Positions 33,275 through 45,108 of a stretch of DNA of 64,000 nucleotides are shown in pieces. The position numbers were made by a program, and so were the translations under genes. Numbering within the stretch: the first letter of the stretch is position 1; every line of letters begins with the position of its first letter. Under the pieces are notes generated by a model. That model was not told where the DNA came from, did not search any database, and saw only the letters and a list, made by a program, of their open reading frames with translations. Source of the DNA: Cyanidioschyzon merolae (lineage: Eukaryota); the NCBI GenBank assembly GCA_000091205.1, contig AP006499.2; one strand, written 5' to 3'.

Positions 33275-34192
33275 ATGCACTCGAACTTAATCGTTGCGGT
33301 GGCACTCTCGACTGCAGCTGGTCTATCGACTGCGCTTGGAGGCCTTGCGGTCGTTCTGCTACCGGGCGCGAAGAGTGCTTCGGGTGAGCACAGGCTGGGG
33401 CGTTGGCAGGGCACCACTGCGGGGTTTATGGTTGGCCTCAGTTTCTTTGATCTGCTGCCGGAAGTATATCGAGCCCGGAATCAACTGCCACTGCCTTCGT
33501 CGGTGCTATGTTTTGTGCTCGGTGCACTGGTGTTTGCGCTGCTGGAGCGGCTGGTTCCAGAGCCTTTCACGGAAACAGAGGCGAGCTTGGCCGCCCCGGA
33601 CGGCATCGGTATTCGCTCGTATTCATCAGCTGAAACGCCGAGTGCGAGGCGTGGACCGTCCTGTGCGCCAAGTTTGAAAGCAGGCTTCAACGCCGAGCGC
33701 CACCGCCAAGGCACCAGAGCTGTGGCACTTCGCTCGGCGCTGCTGACGACGCTGAGCCTCGCGCTGCACAATCTCCCGGAAGGCATGGCTGTTGCGGCCT
33801 CAGCATTGAGCGGAGGACTCCGGTTGGGGTTGCCTCTGGCTATCGGTATTGCCCTGCATAACGCACCGGAGGGATGTGCGATAGCGGCGCCTGTGTACGC
33901 TGCCACGAACTCGCGCATCCAGGCCGTAACCTGGGCGTTGATCGCAGGCCTCGTAGAGCCACTGGGCGTCTTCTTCTTGATATGGTTCCGGCTTAACCGC
34001 AGGGCTTTGACGGGACTGTTGGCAGGAGTCGCTGGCATCATGACCATGCTGTCCTGTACCGAGCTGCTGCCCCAAGCGCTCCGTATGAATGAGCAGCGGC
34101 CTGGCGTCGTATTCAGTGAATTCGCTTTCGGCATGCTCCTGATGCTTGGTCTGCTTTCCGTGGTCCGATGGTCATTTGGTGTCGAACTGTGA
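33275..34192 (+). CDS. ZIP-family metal transporter (ZupT/GufA-like)
   Basis: Paired metal-binding TM motifs 'HNLPEGMAVAAS' and 'HNAPEGCAIAAP' are present. About 8 hydrophobic helices. A short variable loop carries an H/E-poor linker. Confidence 0.75.
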   Translation: MHSNLIVAVALSTAAGLSTALGGLAVVLLPGAKSASGEHRLGRWQGTTAGFMVGLSFFDLLPEVYRARNQLPLPSSVLCFVLGALVFALLERLVPEPFTETEASLAAPDGIGIRSYSSAETPSARRGPSCAPSLKAGFNAERHRQGTRAVALRSALLTTLSLALHNLPEGMAVAASALSGGLRLGLPLAIGIALHNAPEGCAIAAPVYAATNSRIQAVTWALIAGLVEPLGVFFLIWFRLNRRALTGLLAGVAGIMTMLSCTELLPQALRMNEQRPGVVFSEFAFGMLLMLGLLSVVRWSFGVEL

Positions 34193-36549
34193 AGACGGTG
34201 TCTGCGAGAGCACTGTAGAAGCTCACACTGGCACGTTTTGGCCGGAGCTCTCCAGACGATAACAGAGAGCATTGCTCCGAGGGAAGCACCTATGTGCGTC
34301 TCGATATGCGGCGTCCATCCAAGGCCGCAGTCTTCAGATTCTCAAGCGCTCCTGAGTTGCCTTACGAGGAAGCGAAATACTGGCACTTCTATCGTTGGTG
34401 TTTGCGAAGACCAGCGGCGGCACGAAACTTCCAAATGATTGTGACGCGATACAGAAGGCGAAGCTCGGTAATCCCTCGATCTATGAAGACGAAGTGTGCT
34501 GCGTTAGCATGGAGCGCATGGTGTTCCCAGAGTCCGATAAGACAACTTCCTGGATTTTTTTCTGATCTGAATGACACTGCGTCTCAGGGTAGTAGCTGGT
34601 GTCGTGCTTTCGATGTCATCCATTGCGTCTTGTACCTAAAGCGCGCTGTGAAAGCGCTAACACACAATTGATGCTTCTGGCGGTAACGTGCCTGGTGGAA
34701 TTGCTGTGAAGGCTTCCCCTGGAAAACATATCCGCGGGGAAAATCTTCCGAGTGGTGAGATGCAGGACTCCATTTGGCATCACGTAGCTTCTTACTCGAA
34801 AAAGCCGCATCGAGTTTCACGGGACTCGACGCAGCTCAATAAGCGACTCTACATTTGAGGAGCGGACGCAAGACTTCCAGCTGTCTACATTTCCATGGGA
34901 CTTTTCGATCAAACCTTTGTGCGTCGATGCAGCCAATGCACGGGACAGAAGACGTCATTCAGCCTGATGAAAAGGTCAGCGTGTTGCACATACGGGTGCC
35001 AGCATACTTCGATGCGTGGCTGCACCACCTCTTCCACAGAAACGTCTAGATCGCTGGCGCCAACGAGCGTTAGACACAGCTCACAAACCAAAACAATATG
35101 CGGGTCAATCTTGGGCGCTTCACGAAGTGCACCTCATGGGCGCCGTATTTTCTATTTACTGCCCCGAACAAGTGGGGATTGATGGAACGCGTTCCTGAAC
35201 CTGGTGATGCAAGGAAATGGCGAGTTGATGGTAGCCGAAGACGACAACATGGTGGCGAGTTCGAAAGCGATACCCCAACGAGATCGGGAGTCGCCTTGGA
35301 TCGTCGATGCTGACCGTGCATCGCTCGGCCTTGGAGCTGAGAAGCTCTCATTCAAAAGATGGTGAGATCGTGATGCTTCGCTTCCGGGAATCTTGCGTCA
35401 ATGCGTTCTGTGAAACAGAAACCGCCGCCCCAGAGCAAAAGCAGACGCGCTCTTCGAATCCGCGCGTCATCACGCTCCTCGAGCATCCATTCGATCCAGT
35501 TCTCATGTGTCAGATCAAGTCCGACGATATCGCCGTAGACACTTCTGTGCTCCACGGGGTAGTGCTGCTCGGCTTCCTCAGTGAGCTTCAGTTGATCTCT
35601 GCGAGCGAGTACGATGCAGTCAACCAACGTGAGGAGTAGTATCGGTTGTTGCCGTTCAGGGTTTCACGTTTACACGCGGGAAATCGAAAGCAGTCCACGG
35701 GTACGATGCGGCCCGCTGGCATATCCATCGAGATGCACTTTGTGAAACCTAGGTCCGAGTCAAGCGGCAAGACTCATTTGCATCTATGCGACATAAAAGA
35801 ATTGGAAGACCTTGTAGCGGGGCGTGGATCTCGGATTCAAATGCGTTATGGCCTTCGCCATTCCGCCAAATCAGGAGAACGGAGCCAAAGACCTGGACTG
35901 AAACTAGACGATGATGCTGCACAGCTTTTTTTCGTCGACAATGATCGAGACTTGGATATGCTGGACACCAGGACGCCCACCTCGATGCGCTGAACGCCGA
36001 ATCGAGTCCAGGGTGATGCCCAAGAAGCTGCATTCGGAGCGTGCATGAGCATCCCAAATGGATCACGCGGACGGCATCTTTATTTTCTTGGAAGGAATAC
36101 ATGGGAGTGCGCTGGCGTCGCCAACGTTTTCAATTGCACGGAGGAAACAAGCGTACGTTCGCCAACTTGTCCCATGAACTGGAAAAGGGACTAGCAAACA
36201 TGCCGCATCGTCTTGGGTTCGCCGCTGACGCTGGACGTATTGTGTTGCGCACGGGCTGCATACCTGCATCTTCGTTAGAGCATCCATCAAGTCCAGAAAT
36301 CGATTCTGTTGGATTTTCGTGAATGCGTTCAGGACGAGGTACACGCATCACAAACGCAGGTACACGCGGACACACTCAGAGAAGTAGAGCATGAAACAGA
36401 GCTGAATGCACGAGATGGTGTCCGGTACGCTGCCCGAACGTCGGCTGGCGAGGCAATCGAGGCTGTGCAGTTCGCCACGACATGAGTCTAACAGCGACAG
36501 CGCGCACAAGAAGTTCGCATGCACCGACCCTTGAACACCTCGATGAAGA

Positions 36550-36740
36550 CCCGTCAATGTGCACTGCCTCGGGAGCGTCCGACCGCTGGATGTCGAGCGA
36601 ACTTGCCAATGAATCGTTTCGTACGCAGCATGGGCGTTAATCAAGTCCCGTCAATGTGCACTGCCTCGGGAGCGCCCGGCCGCTGGATGTCGAGCGAACT
36701 TGCCAATGAATCGTTTCGTACGCAGTATGGGCGTTATGCT
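36550..36740. repeat. Direct duplication, ~97 bp x2
   Basis: 'cccgtcaatgtgcactgcctcgggagcg(t/c)ccg(a/g)ccgctggatgtcgagcgaacttgccaatgaatcgtttcgtacgcag(c/t)atgggcgtta' occurs twice in tandem (starts 36550 and 36647). Confidence 0.9.
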
Positions 36741-37105
36741 GAAAAACCTGAGACGTCCAACAAAGAAAAATCACCGGCCAGGAACGCGGACATTGGATTC
36801 CCCCGCCTGGAGACCAAGGCACTGGTACGGTACAATCAGCGATCCAGTAAAGCTATGGTGCCGTATACCTAGCGTGGAAACGATTTTACTGCGCAGCTGG
36901 TATACGATAATGGTGTCCCATTATGCGAAGCTGCCGCTTCCGAGTTACGAAAGCCAGTAGCAGCTACGACGCTGGGAAATGGATCCATTCTCTGGAAGCG
37001 TGCTGTCGCCCGCGTTCTCGATTCGGATTTGATGACAGAACATCGTTCGCAGCGGAGCGCGCTTTGCTTGTCAACGCTGGCGCGTGACTTTTACGACGAC
37101 CAAGT

Positions 37106-38077
37106 TTAGTCGAATAGACCAAAGCCGAGATCCTCATCGGACTCCTCTGCCGCCTCCTTCGTTTCGGCCGCTCCGGACGCGGCGGCAGTGTCCTCGGCAG
37201 ATGCCGTGCCAGCTGCCCCAGCTGCACCAATACTAGCGGCGGCGACCAATTCCTCCAGTTTGCTCGGATCTGAAAGGAGCTCTCGCAGCGATCGCGACTG
37301 CGGCATGTCGTAGTCGGCGGCGATACTCGCCGCAACGAGGTCCTTGGCGGCGCGCACCAGCAAGTGGGGAACAGCCGGCGCGGTCAGGTAGCCTGTTGCG
37401 AGTGAAATCGCCGCTATGGTGTCGACAGCTTCTCGGACTTTGTTCCGCAGATCGTCCGGAGTTATGTCGAGAACCGAGGGTTCATACATCGCGCCTTCTT
37501 CATAAATTTGTCGAATCTTCATGCCGTAGGTGAACGGCTCGATGCCCATTCTTTGTAACAGAGCAACTGCTGACGCACTAACCCGCTCATTCTGCTTGAT
37601 CACTTGCACGTCCGACACAATGCAGATCGAGCCGCGCTCTATCTTCGTTGGAATCGAAAGAGCCTGGAAGAATGAGGTCATGTCTGGGGGCATACCTGTC
37701 GGCCCGGCAGGCACGAACACATCGCACTGAGCAATCTGACCCGCCTTCGCAGGCGCTGGCACCTTGTTTCTTAGGATGCAGTCTCGAACTTCACGAAGGT
37801 CACCACGAGTGAAAACAAAGCTGACATTCCCTCGTAACGCATGGAGCACTTTCTCGAGTGCAGGCTTCCGACTGACCCGATCTTTCAGCGTTTTCCGAAT
37901 CACAGTGTTCTTGCCGCATAAGATGACGGAGTCGAGTGCTCGAAGCTCTCGACGGGCGTCTTGAAGTTGCTTCGATCCAACGTTGTCGATCTCAACGACT
38001 AGAATTTTGTCGTAGGTATCGAAGAGTTGCCCGGCTTTTACGATGTAGGCCCCTTTGCGTTCCTGTTTCGAAGGCAT
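37106..38077 (-). CDS. RPLP0: 60S acidic ribosomal protein P0 (uL10)
   Basis: 'MPSKQERKGAYIVKAGQLFDTYDKILVVEIDNVGSKQLQDARRELR' matches the P0 N-terminus. The C-terminus ends in the P-protein tail 'EESDEDLGFGLFD'. Confidence 0.9.
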   Translation of the reverse strand: MPSKQERKGAYIVKAGQLFDTYDKILVVEIDNVGSKQLQDARRELRALDSVILCGKNTVIRKTLKDRVSRKPALEKVLHALRGNVSFVFTRGDLREVRDCILRNKVPAPAKAGQIAQCDVFVPAGPTGMPPDMTSFFQALSIPTKIERGSICIVSDVQVIKQNERVSASAVALLQRMGIEPFTYGMKIRQIYEEGAMYEPSVLDITPDDLRNKVREAVDTIAAISLATGYLTAPAVPHLLVRAAKDLVAASIAADYDMPQSRSLRELLSDPSKLEELVAAASIGAAGAAGTASAEDTAAASGAAETKEAAEESDEDLGFGLFD

Positions 38078-39389
38078 TGCACGCCTCGGAGTAAGGCTAG
38101 GACGCGGTTATCTGAACTTGTCACCGTATTCGATAAACGCTCACGCAGAGTGCCGCCCTCGTGAGTAACGAAGAAAGCCGCCAAGGCAGAAGCGAGCGCC
38201 ACAGGCTACGCGTGGGTCTACAGCGTCCCCGAATGAGCGGGGTGGTGTGTGGGCCGCAGCGACGTGCGACGTCGCGCCGTCCAGCCGAACAAAGTCTACA
38301 ATCATTGTATATAATGGGAAGGAAAGGACATGAGCACCGAAAGCGCAGAGCTGTGCGCGATCGCTGTGACGCGAGCGCGCCGATCTGTCGACAGTCGTTC
38401 AGCTCGGGTCTGTTTCAGCCCTGCTGCGTGATATCGAATGCTTTTTCGCAGTGTATAGCCGGAGATCGAAATCACGTTGCAGTGAACCACATACAATGTA
38501 GGCATCTCGCGTATAGGACATATTCTTTACTGAAGATCGCAACGAGGATTGCATTCCTCGTTCGGGTCAGTTATATCGCTGTACTCAGGTGACTGAGGAA
38601 CAATGAAAGACCGCCATCAAAGCGCTCCGCGCCGAAAACCGGTGTTGTCAAAGACTGCCTGCGGCCAGTTGTAGAGAACGACACGTTTATCTTCTTGCGG
38701 AAAGCAGAAGCGACGACAGTCGTCACCGTGGGCGTCTCTGTTGCTCAACAGCCTATTCGTGTGGTCCAGAATACACTGGGTACAGTCCCAATGTAAGTTC
38801 AGGTTCATTCACAGCCATTTTCCACCGAAATAGCGACGACTACGTTGCTGGAACGTCGCGGCCTGTATGACGCACAGGGATTTCGGTTTGTTTTTTTAGT
38901 CGATGAGACTTTCCTCGGATGAGACTGTCAGAGCGTATGTAGAAATTCACGGAGAGCGAGCCTGTAGTATATAGCATGGAACTCGGAGAGAACGAAGACA
39001 TTATCTGTTCCAGCTGCAGTGGATTTATATGGCGGCCTCAGCTTCGCTGATAGGAAAGACTCATCGAACAGCACCAACCACATCGTCGAATCATTGAAGA
39101 CTTTTTCCAGACGTCTGGCGATGTCCTTCTATAGGATGACATTGTATTTCACCATCCGGCTTGCGTTCGAGCTTTCGCCGATTCTACCTGGATAGAGCTG
39201 CTTTTTGAATCCTCCGTAATCTCTATGGACTGACCCCATCGAAGAAGTGTTTTGAATCGGAAAACGTAAAGATCACTCCACTGGGCGATTCGCTGGAGTG
39301 TTCAGGACACGGCGACACACCGGGCTACATTACGTCTTTGTTGCGCAAGTGCTTGCCCCTCCGGAAAAGTCCTCATCCCGGGGCATACA

Positions 39390-39775
39390 GAAGTGTGTTT
39401 CTTTTGATGAACTAAGAAATCTGAGGGCTGAGCTGAGGCGTGCGCGTCAGAGGGTCGAGATGGAAAAGTGCCAGCGCAGCTCTGAGGACATAGAAAAATA
39501 CGGAGCGCTGACGAGGGACCAAATTGAAAACAGGGCGCAAGTTTGAGAGCTATTCGCATGAGTGTATACAACCAACGGCGGCAAGAAACGCAAAAAGTTC
39601 GTGATCCGAGACTTTAACGCTGCTATGAATACCAGGAGATGTGCGGTACTAAAAACGAGACCCGCGGAAATGACGCGAGCCAACTCCGTGGGAGAACCTC
39701 GCAAGGTCGAACTCTACGCGGAGAAGTCGAAACCTGTCGCAGGGGGCCAGTCCAAAAACGCCGGGATGCACCTGC
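39390..39775 (+). pseudogene. Degraded partial copy of the Fanzor-like element (C-terminal ~100 codons plus the conserved 3' tail)
   Basis: Translation 'VSFDELRN...QRVEMEKCQRSSEDIEKYGALTRDQIENRAQV*ELFA*VYTTNGGKKRKKFVIRDFNAAMNTRRCAV' aligns with the first copy ('VDEFRTS...QRVEMEKCHRSPEGIKKYGPLTEEQMERMSKV...VNGKKRMEFVNRDFNAAINISRCAV'). It has two in-frame stop codons and has lost the H/C residues of the Zn-ribbon. The 3' tail homology ends at about 39775. Confidence 0.65.
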
Positions 39776-39983
39776 GAATCGATATTCATTTACCCTGCAC
39801 ACTCGTGAAAACGTTTTGTCAGTTTGCGCGCGCACTCGTTCATGGGTATACGCTGATGCGCGCGGATGCGATCACGCTCGCGATGCGCCTCTGAGGCAGC
39901 CTCTGCACTGAATTGTCGGTTGAATCCGTCGACACGCTCTGAAATACGCCGAAAATGCTCTCCTAACCGCGAATCTGAAGCTT

Positions 39984-41474
39984 ATGAGCAGCCATAGTGC
40001 AAAGAGCTTTGATGTGACTGGGTCCAAGTGGGTCCATGTGCGGGGCGTGAGGTCGGGTCGGCGGCTTGAAGCGTCCGAGTGCAGCGTTCCAACTGATTCT
40101 GCGTCGTCACGGGCTCGTAACGTACGAAAGCAAAGACAGCGTGCTGGTTATGTGGATCTCGAGACGTCTCCGTTGACACCAGCAGCTTCAGGTTCCAGAC
40201 GGCAGACGGTTGCTGCTTGTGGCAGTTCTCGGCGGTATCGCCGTTTTATGAACGAATTGTACTTGCGCTTGAGTGCGGTTCATTATGGGAGTGTCGGAGG
40301 CCTCGGCACTGAGGCCTTGGATTCACCGCTGGATACCTGGGAAGTTGGCGTTGAGCGGCCTCCAACGGAAGCGGCGTGGTTGCACGAATTCTGGACAGAT
40401 ATGCGCGAGCGACACGCCGAGTCTCCCCAGATGGAACGGGTACTTCGAGGAATGGGCGACGCATGGCATTTTTGGGAACCGTTTCGTGAATGCACCGAAG
40501 AAGAGGAGAGAATCTTGCTGGACGCCTTGTCTTCGATTCGGAAGAGCGTATCCGCACGCCATCGCTCGGGTGAAGCGCGCACCCCCGAGCCCCCTATCCC
40601 GGGCAGCAGGCAGCATCGCACCGCCAGATCGAATGCGCTCGAGTCGCAGATGAAGGCGTTGCATCTTGGGAATCAACGCGACAATTCGAATGACATCGTT
40701 TGCGAGGTGGAATCTGAAGAAGAAAACTTTGCTGCGGGCATAGCCGGGCACCATCCACATGCGCGGGTTGAAGCAGCAGAGCATGTATTCCCGTTGGACG
40801 AGGATTGCCAAGTTGATCCCGCACCACCCACGTCGCAGCTCGAGATAGCGGACGCAAATGAGGTATCCAGATTGATCTTGGCATTCTTTCGTCTCAGTTA
40901 CGCCACACGAGAGCTTCTGCGCCGCTATTCCAACGATCTCTGGTTGCTCATAGCCCACCATGAATCCATTTTACACGAGCATGGCCTTGTACCGCACCTG
41001 AACCAAAACCACCTTCAGTGGCTCTTGTCTCCGGGTCGCTGTCCACGGTTGTCGAACTCACAGGGTCCAGCAACGGGCCTGCGGCCGACACGGTACGCAG
41101 CTTCGGTCCATGGGCTAGCTGATCCGGGGCCAGACTCGCGAACGTTGACCCTTGAGGCGTCATCACGTCTCCATCGGCGCATCCTGATGGCACTAGCCGC
41201 GTATCATTGTCTCGACTGCGAGCCTGTCCAGCAGTCGAGTTCCAATCTGGCAGATGTGTCCTCTGGTGCTGTGTCCCAGACAGAGACGCACACCAAAAGC
41301 AGACTCCGTCTCGCTTTGAACCAGCATCGTGCTGCCTCTGTGACCGTTCCCCTGGCGCACATTGTCTACCAGCTCAAGTTCTGTGACGCGAGCGTTGACC
41401 GGGCAGTGCGGCGTTGCGTAGAGGCACGAGTGTCTGACGTTTCGGCGCTTCCGCAGACGGCGGTGGGTCAGTAA
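39984..41474 (+). CDS. Hypothetical protein
   Basis: 496-aa ORF in a GC-rich region with codon-like periodicity and no recognisable motifs. Given the high GC content it could be a spurious long ORF. Confidence 0.3.
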   Translation: MSSHSAKSFDVTGSKWVHVRGVRSGRRLEASECSVPTDSASSRARNVRKQRQRAGYVDLETSPLTPAASGSRRQTVAACGSSRRYRRFMNELYLRLSAVHYGSVGGLGTEALDSPLDTWEVGVERPPTEAAWLHEFWTDMRERHAESPQMERVLRGMGDAWHFWEPFRECTEEEERILLDALSSIRKSVSARHRSGEARTPEPPIPGSRQHRTARSNALESQMKALHLGNQRDNSNDIVCEVESEEENFAAGIAGHHPHARVEAAEHVFPLDEDCQVDPAPPTSQLEIADANEVSRLILAFFRLSYATRELLRRYSNDLWLLIAHHESILHEHGLVPHLNQNHLQWLLSPGRCPRLSNSQGPATGLRPTRYAASVHGLADPGPDSRTLTLEASSRLHRRILMALAAYHCLDCEPVQQSSSNLADVSSGAVSQTETHTKSRLRLALNQHRAASVTVPLAHIVYQLKFCDASVDRAVRRCVEARVSDVSALPQTAVGQ

Positions 41475-43098
41475 GAAGATCCGCGACGAATTCGCACCAA
41501 TTCAAAGCGTACAATTCAACTTGCACGCATTCGGGCAGCTAGCTAAAGGACAAGTTGCGTGCTTGAGGGCCCGCCTCGTGGATCAGCGGTTTCCATTCGA
41601 GGCGCACCCCGTACTGCTGTTTATCCGTGGAAGCGCTCTTGTCCACCAAATCGAGTGGCTATCAGGTTTCCCTCCTACCCGGATCCTTGCTGTCTTTCAC
41701 TGACCTGCAACGTCCGTGCTTAGGCAAGGAACAGCAGCCCGCGCGAACCCCCAGCAAATCAACACGAGCGCACCTGAACGTGGACACTGCTCTGTACCAG
41801 TCGCTGTCCACGGTGGAAGCACGAGAGGCCGCCCCCAGCTGCTCATCTGGATACCCAGTGCTACCAAACTGCAGTGCAGGTGCTGGGGCACACACAAAAA
41901 GTCTGTCAGCCTCGACACGCCAACAGAGACGCGAAACCGAAGCCGGAAAGTGTGCAAGGTGCCCGTGTGGCACACCTGGCAAGGCGCAAGGACAACGCCG
42001 CCTAAGCGTTTCGAGAACACCACTTCCTAGTTGTTTTTTCAACAAGCGTACCAGCACGGGGTTTGCTTGCACATCAACAACTCGTCCGGGGTTACCCGCC
42101 CCAGCGAGACCTCCAAACCGCTGTCGCCGTTGCCGTGACCCAACCTCCCAAGGCGCACCGGCTGCTCCACTGCGTTGACAACACCGACTCGTCGCTTTGC
42201 AAGCGAGTCGTCGCGCACGCTGCGGGTCAGGTGCAACACGACGTATTGACCCCGGCTTTTTTCTCATTGTTTTCCTGCTTCAACCAAGTGACCGGGTCAC
42301 TGCAAAGCATGACGAATAGGGGCGGTTGGACGGCGAAGGGCTCACAAACAGAAGCACTACGCAGTACGAGAAACGACCACAACAACGACAACGAGCAGCG
42401 TCGGGCGCGCGAAACCTCTCCTTCCAGCGCTGGGACTGGTCAGACCGTGCCGGTTTTTCAGAGCGCACTCGTTGAGCAGCTCATGCGCCAACGCTGGACA
42501 GAGGTGCTCGCACTCTGGCAACGGCAGAGGCAACAGGCAGAGCGACAGGAAGTGGTCGTTTACAGCGACGCAACACCGGCGTGGAAACAGGCCTCCAAGT
42601 CGTTGACGCGGCCACGCTTCCCGGACCTGGTGCAGCAAGGGCTCCAACGTCAGCAGCAAAGCGTCAAGTCACTGGAAGCGGCAGCGTCGCTGACGCCTTG
42701 ACGCGCTGCGGACTGCGTTCGACGACGGTGCTCGTAAAGCGGCTAGTCGACAACGATGACGACACTGGGCAACCGCTGAGGCGACTCGGATACCTAGCGC
42801 CTTTCGCGCTGTAGCACTGACCATGTGTCTGCTTGGAGCGATACCGCTTTGAAGGGAATCGTCTGCTCGTTGAAGTACGCTTCAAACTGGGCTCGGATCG
42901 TGAATGTTCCTTGTCCCGGAGAATCCTCGCTGTCGATGCTAAGCAGCGGTGCCTCGTCTCTGCTGTAGCGGTTGCTGTGTTTCAGCGACGGTCTGCGTCT
43001 CTCGTGCATGGTATGCGATAGCTCTCGCTGTCCATCCGTTGCAACAGTGCCGCGGGTCTACGACTACTGCTGCTACTGCTGCAGATGATATGCTCATC

Positions 43099-44001
43099 TC
43101 ATGCATCCTTCCTGTTCCGTAGATGCCAATCTATGGCGAAAATGCAGCGAGCGAGCTGCTGCACCGCTAGACTGCCGCAAGCGTAGATCGCTCCAATCCA
43201 CAGTGGAATATGACACCAAACTTCAGGATGAGCGTAGTGGTACAGATGGAGCCCATCAATGAGCCAGAGTTCGACGAATGGACCCAGCATCGCGGTGCTT
43301 ATCATGACGCCAAACTCCGCAGCAGTGGAGCTCTCCAGTACCCAGCACTGAACTGGAAGCAAGCTCGATAGTACGAGGGCGATCATAGCCGTACCCAAGT
43401 GTCCGCTGCCGTCTAAATAAGCGCTCAGCCAGTACTGAAAGGTAAATAGCGCCACGCCAGCTGCTGTTCGCACGACGAGTTCTGGGCGAAACGGAGTCTG
43501 GCGGGACTGGAGTCCCAGACGCGCCAGCATCGACCCAGCCACGCCAAAGAGAATCGGTGTCCACCAGGTAAAGCCGACGGCGGTCTGAAAGCCGACGTGA
43601 ACGTTCCAGTTCACTTTGTGGTACTGGAGTGTACCGTAGGTCGTATGAAACGCATCCAACAGCGGTCCATATACGGTGCTCAAGAGCGCTGTCAGAAGCA
43701 CTGCACGATTGGCTGCACTGCCAGTCTCACAGGGTAGAGAAGGCTCAGTGATCAGGGGTGTTCTGAGTCTGAAACTTTTAAAAAACGTTGCATGTCGATG
43801 CTCATCGCTGCAACAGCGCACCAAAGGTACTGTACATCGAACGCTATGTCTCCGAGGCCAGCGCTTGCCCAGGCCTGACCACAGACAAGCCCCGACGCGT
43901 CTCTTTCGGGGGCGAAGCGCTGGCTCTGGTCGACAGACGCAGTCTACTACGAACAGCAGCGTCTCTGGAACTGAGCCTGCAAGCCGGTGCGCGGTGTACA
44001 T
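43099..44001 (-). CDS. Hypothetical multi-pass membrane protein
   Basis: 300-aa ORF whose C-terminal ~200 aa form 5-6 hydrophobic helices ('[16 protein letters not shown]', '[20 protein letters not shown]', '[14 protein letters not shown]', '[18 protein letters not shown]'...). The start is uncertain, because it sits head-to-head with the next gene. Confidence 0.35.
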   Translation of the reverse strand: MYTAHRLAGSVPETLLFVVDCVCRPEPALRPRKRRVGACLWSGLGKRWPRRHSVRCTVPLVRCCSDEHRHATFFKSFRLRTPLITEPSLPCETGSAANRAVLLTALLSTVYGPLLDAFHTTYGTLQYHKVNWNVHVGFQTAVGFTWWTPILFGVAGSMLARLGLQSRQTPFRPELVVRTAAGVALFTFQYWLSAYLDGSGHLGTAMIALVLSSLLPVQCWVLESSTAAEFGVMISTAMLGPFVELWLIDGLHLYHYAHPEVWCHIPLWIGAIYACGSLAVQQLARCIFAIDWHLRNRKDA

Positions 44002-44845
44002 GAACTCCCGAGCCGCAGACCAGCTTGAACTAGACGGTTTGCCCGGAACACCCCCAGACTTTTATCGAGAGCGACAGAGGTCGCGCGTTGAGCGGTACCA
44101 GTCGCCGGCCGGTGCCCCGCTGCAGTGTTCGGTGCAGGTGCAGACTACGCAAGAGCACCCGCTTTGGACGTCACACGTGTGGAGCGGGGCTCGCGCTCTT
44201 GCCGACACCTTGTGTTGGCAGCCCGAGCTGATCGCGGGTAAGACCGTATGTGAACTCGGTGCAGGAGCTGGCCTGGTCTCGATTGTAGCGTTTCTAGCGG
44301 GTGCGGATCAGGTTGTCGCGACCGACTACCCGGATCCGGAAATACTCAACAGCCTAGAAAGCAATATCCGAGAGCATACGGCGAATAGCTGCAGTTCTGA
44401 AACAGTCAAAAGAGCCAGCCCAAAGGTCGTACCATATCGCTGGGGCGATTCGCCCGATTCTCTTCAACGATGTACTGGCTTGCAGCGTTTCCAAGTCGTA
44501 TTGCTAGCGGACCTGCTGAGCTTTCATCAGGCGCACGATGCACTCTTACGTAGCGTGAAGATGCTCTTAGCGCTGCCGGCCAATGATCCCACCGCCGTCG
44601 CACTGGTGACATTCACTCACCATCGCCCGCACCTTGCGGAGCGCGATCTTGCTTTTTTTCGCCTTGTGAACGCAGACGGAGCACTCATCGCTGAACCGTG
44701 GCTGTCACCGCTGCAGATGGATCCGATGTTCCCGGACGATCCCGGGGATGTCTGCATCAGGGGTCAGGTGCACCGCTGGCGCCTGCGCTGGCGCTCTGCG
44801 GCGAGCGCATCTGCTAATATCCCTGCTCATGCACGGAATGAGTGA
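44000..44845 (+). CDS. Class I SAM-dependent methyltransferase, METTL21/EFM7/Nnt1-like protein-lysine methyltransferase family
   Basis: '[54 protein letters not shown]' is the typical substrate-clamp plus motif I (E/DLGAGxG ... D-Y) of this family. The start is set at the internal Met 'MNSRAADQL' (ATG at 44000). The upstream 108 codons of the track ORF are probably non-coding. Confidence 0.6.
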
Positions 44846-45108
44846 CCTCGAGAAGCGCTATGCTGTATGCATTCGACACGCAAGCTTCTACGGCTACTCG
44901 TGTTGATGAGTGACCTCGAGAAGCGCTATGCTGTATGCATTCGACGCGCAAGCTACTACGGCTACTCGTGTTGATGAGTGACCTCGAGAAGCGCTATGCT
45001 GTATGCATTCGACACGCAAGCTTCTACGGCTACTCGTGTTGATGAGTGACCTCGAGAAGCGCTATGCTGTATGCATTCGACACGCAAGCTTCTACGGCTA
45101 TTCGTGTT
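44840..45108. repeat. Tandem repeat, 68 bp x4
   Basis: Unit 'gagtgacctcgagaagcgctatgctgtatgcattcgacacgcaagcttctacggctactcgtgttgat'. The array starts inside the methyltransferase stop-codon region (stop at 44843-44845) and extends 3' of it. Copies are more than 95% identical. Confidence 0.9.
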
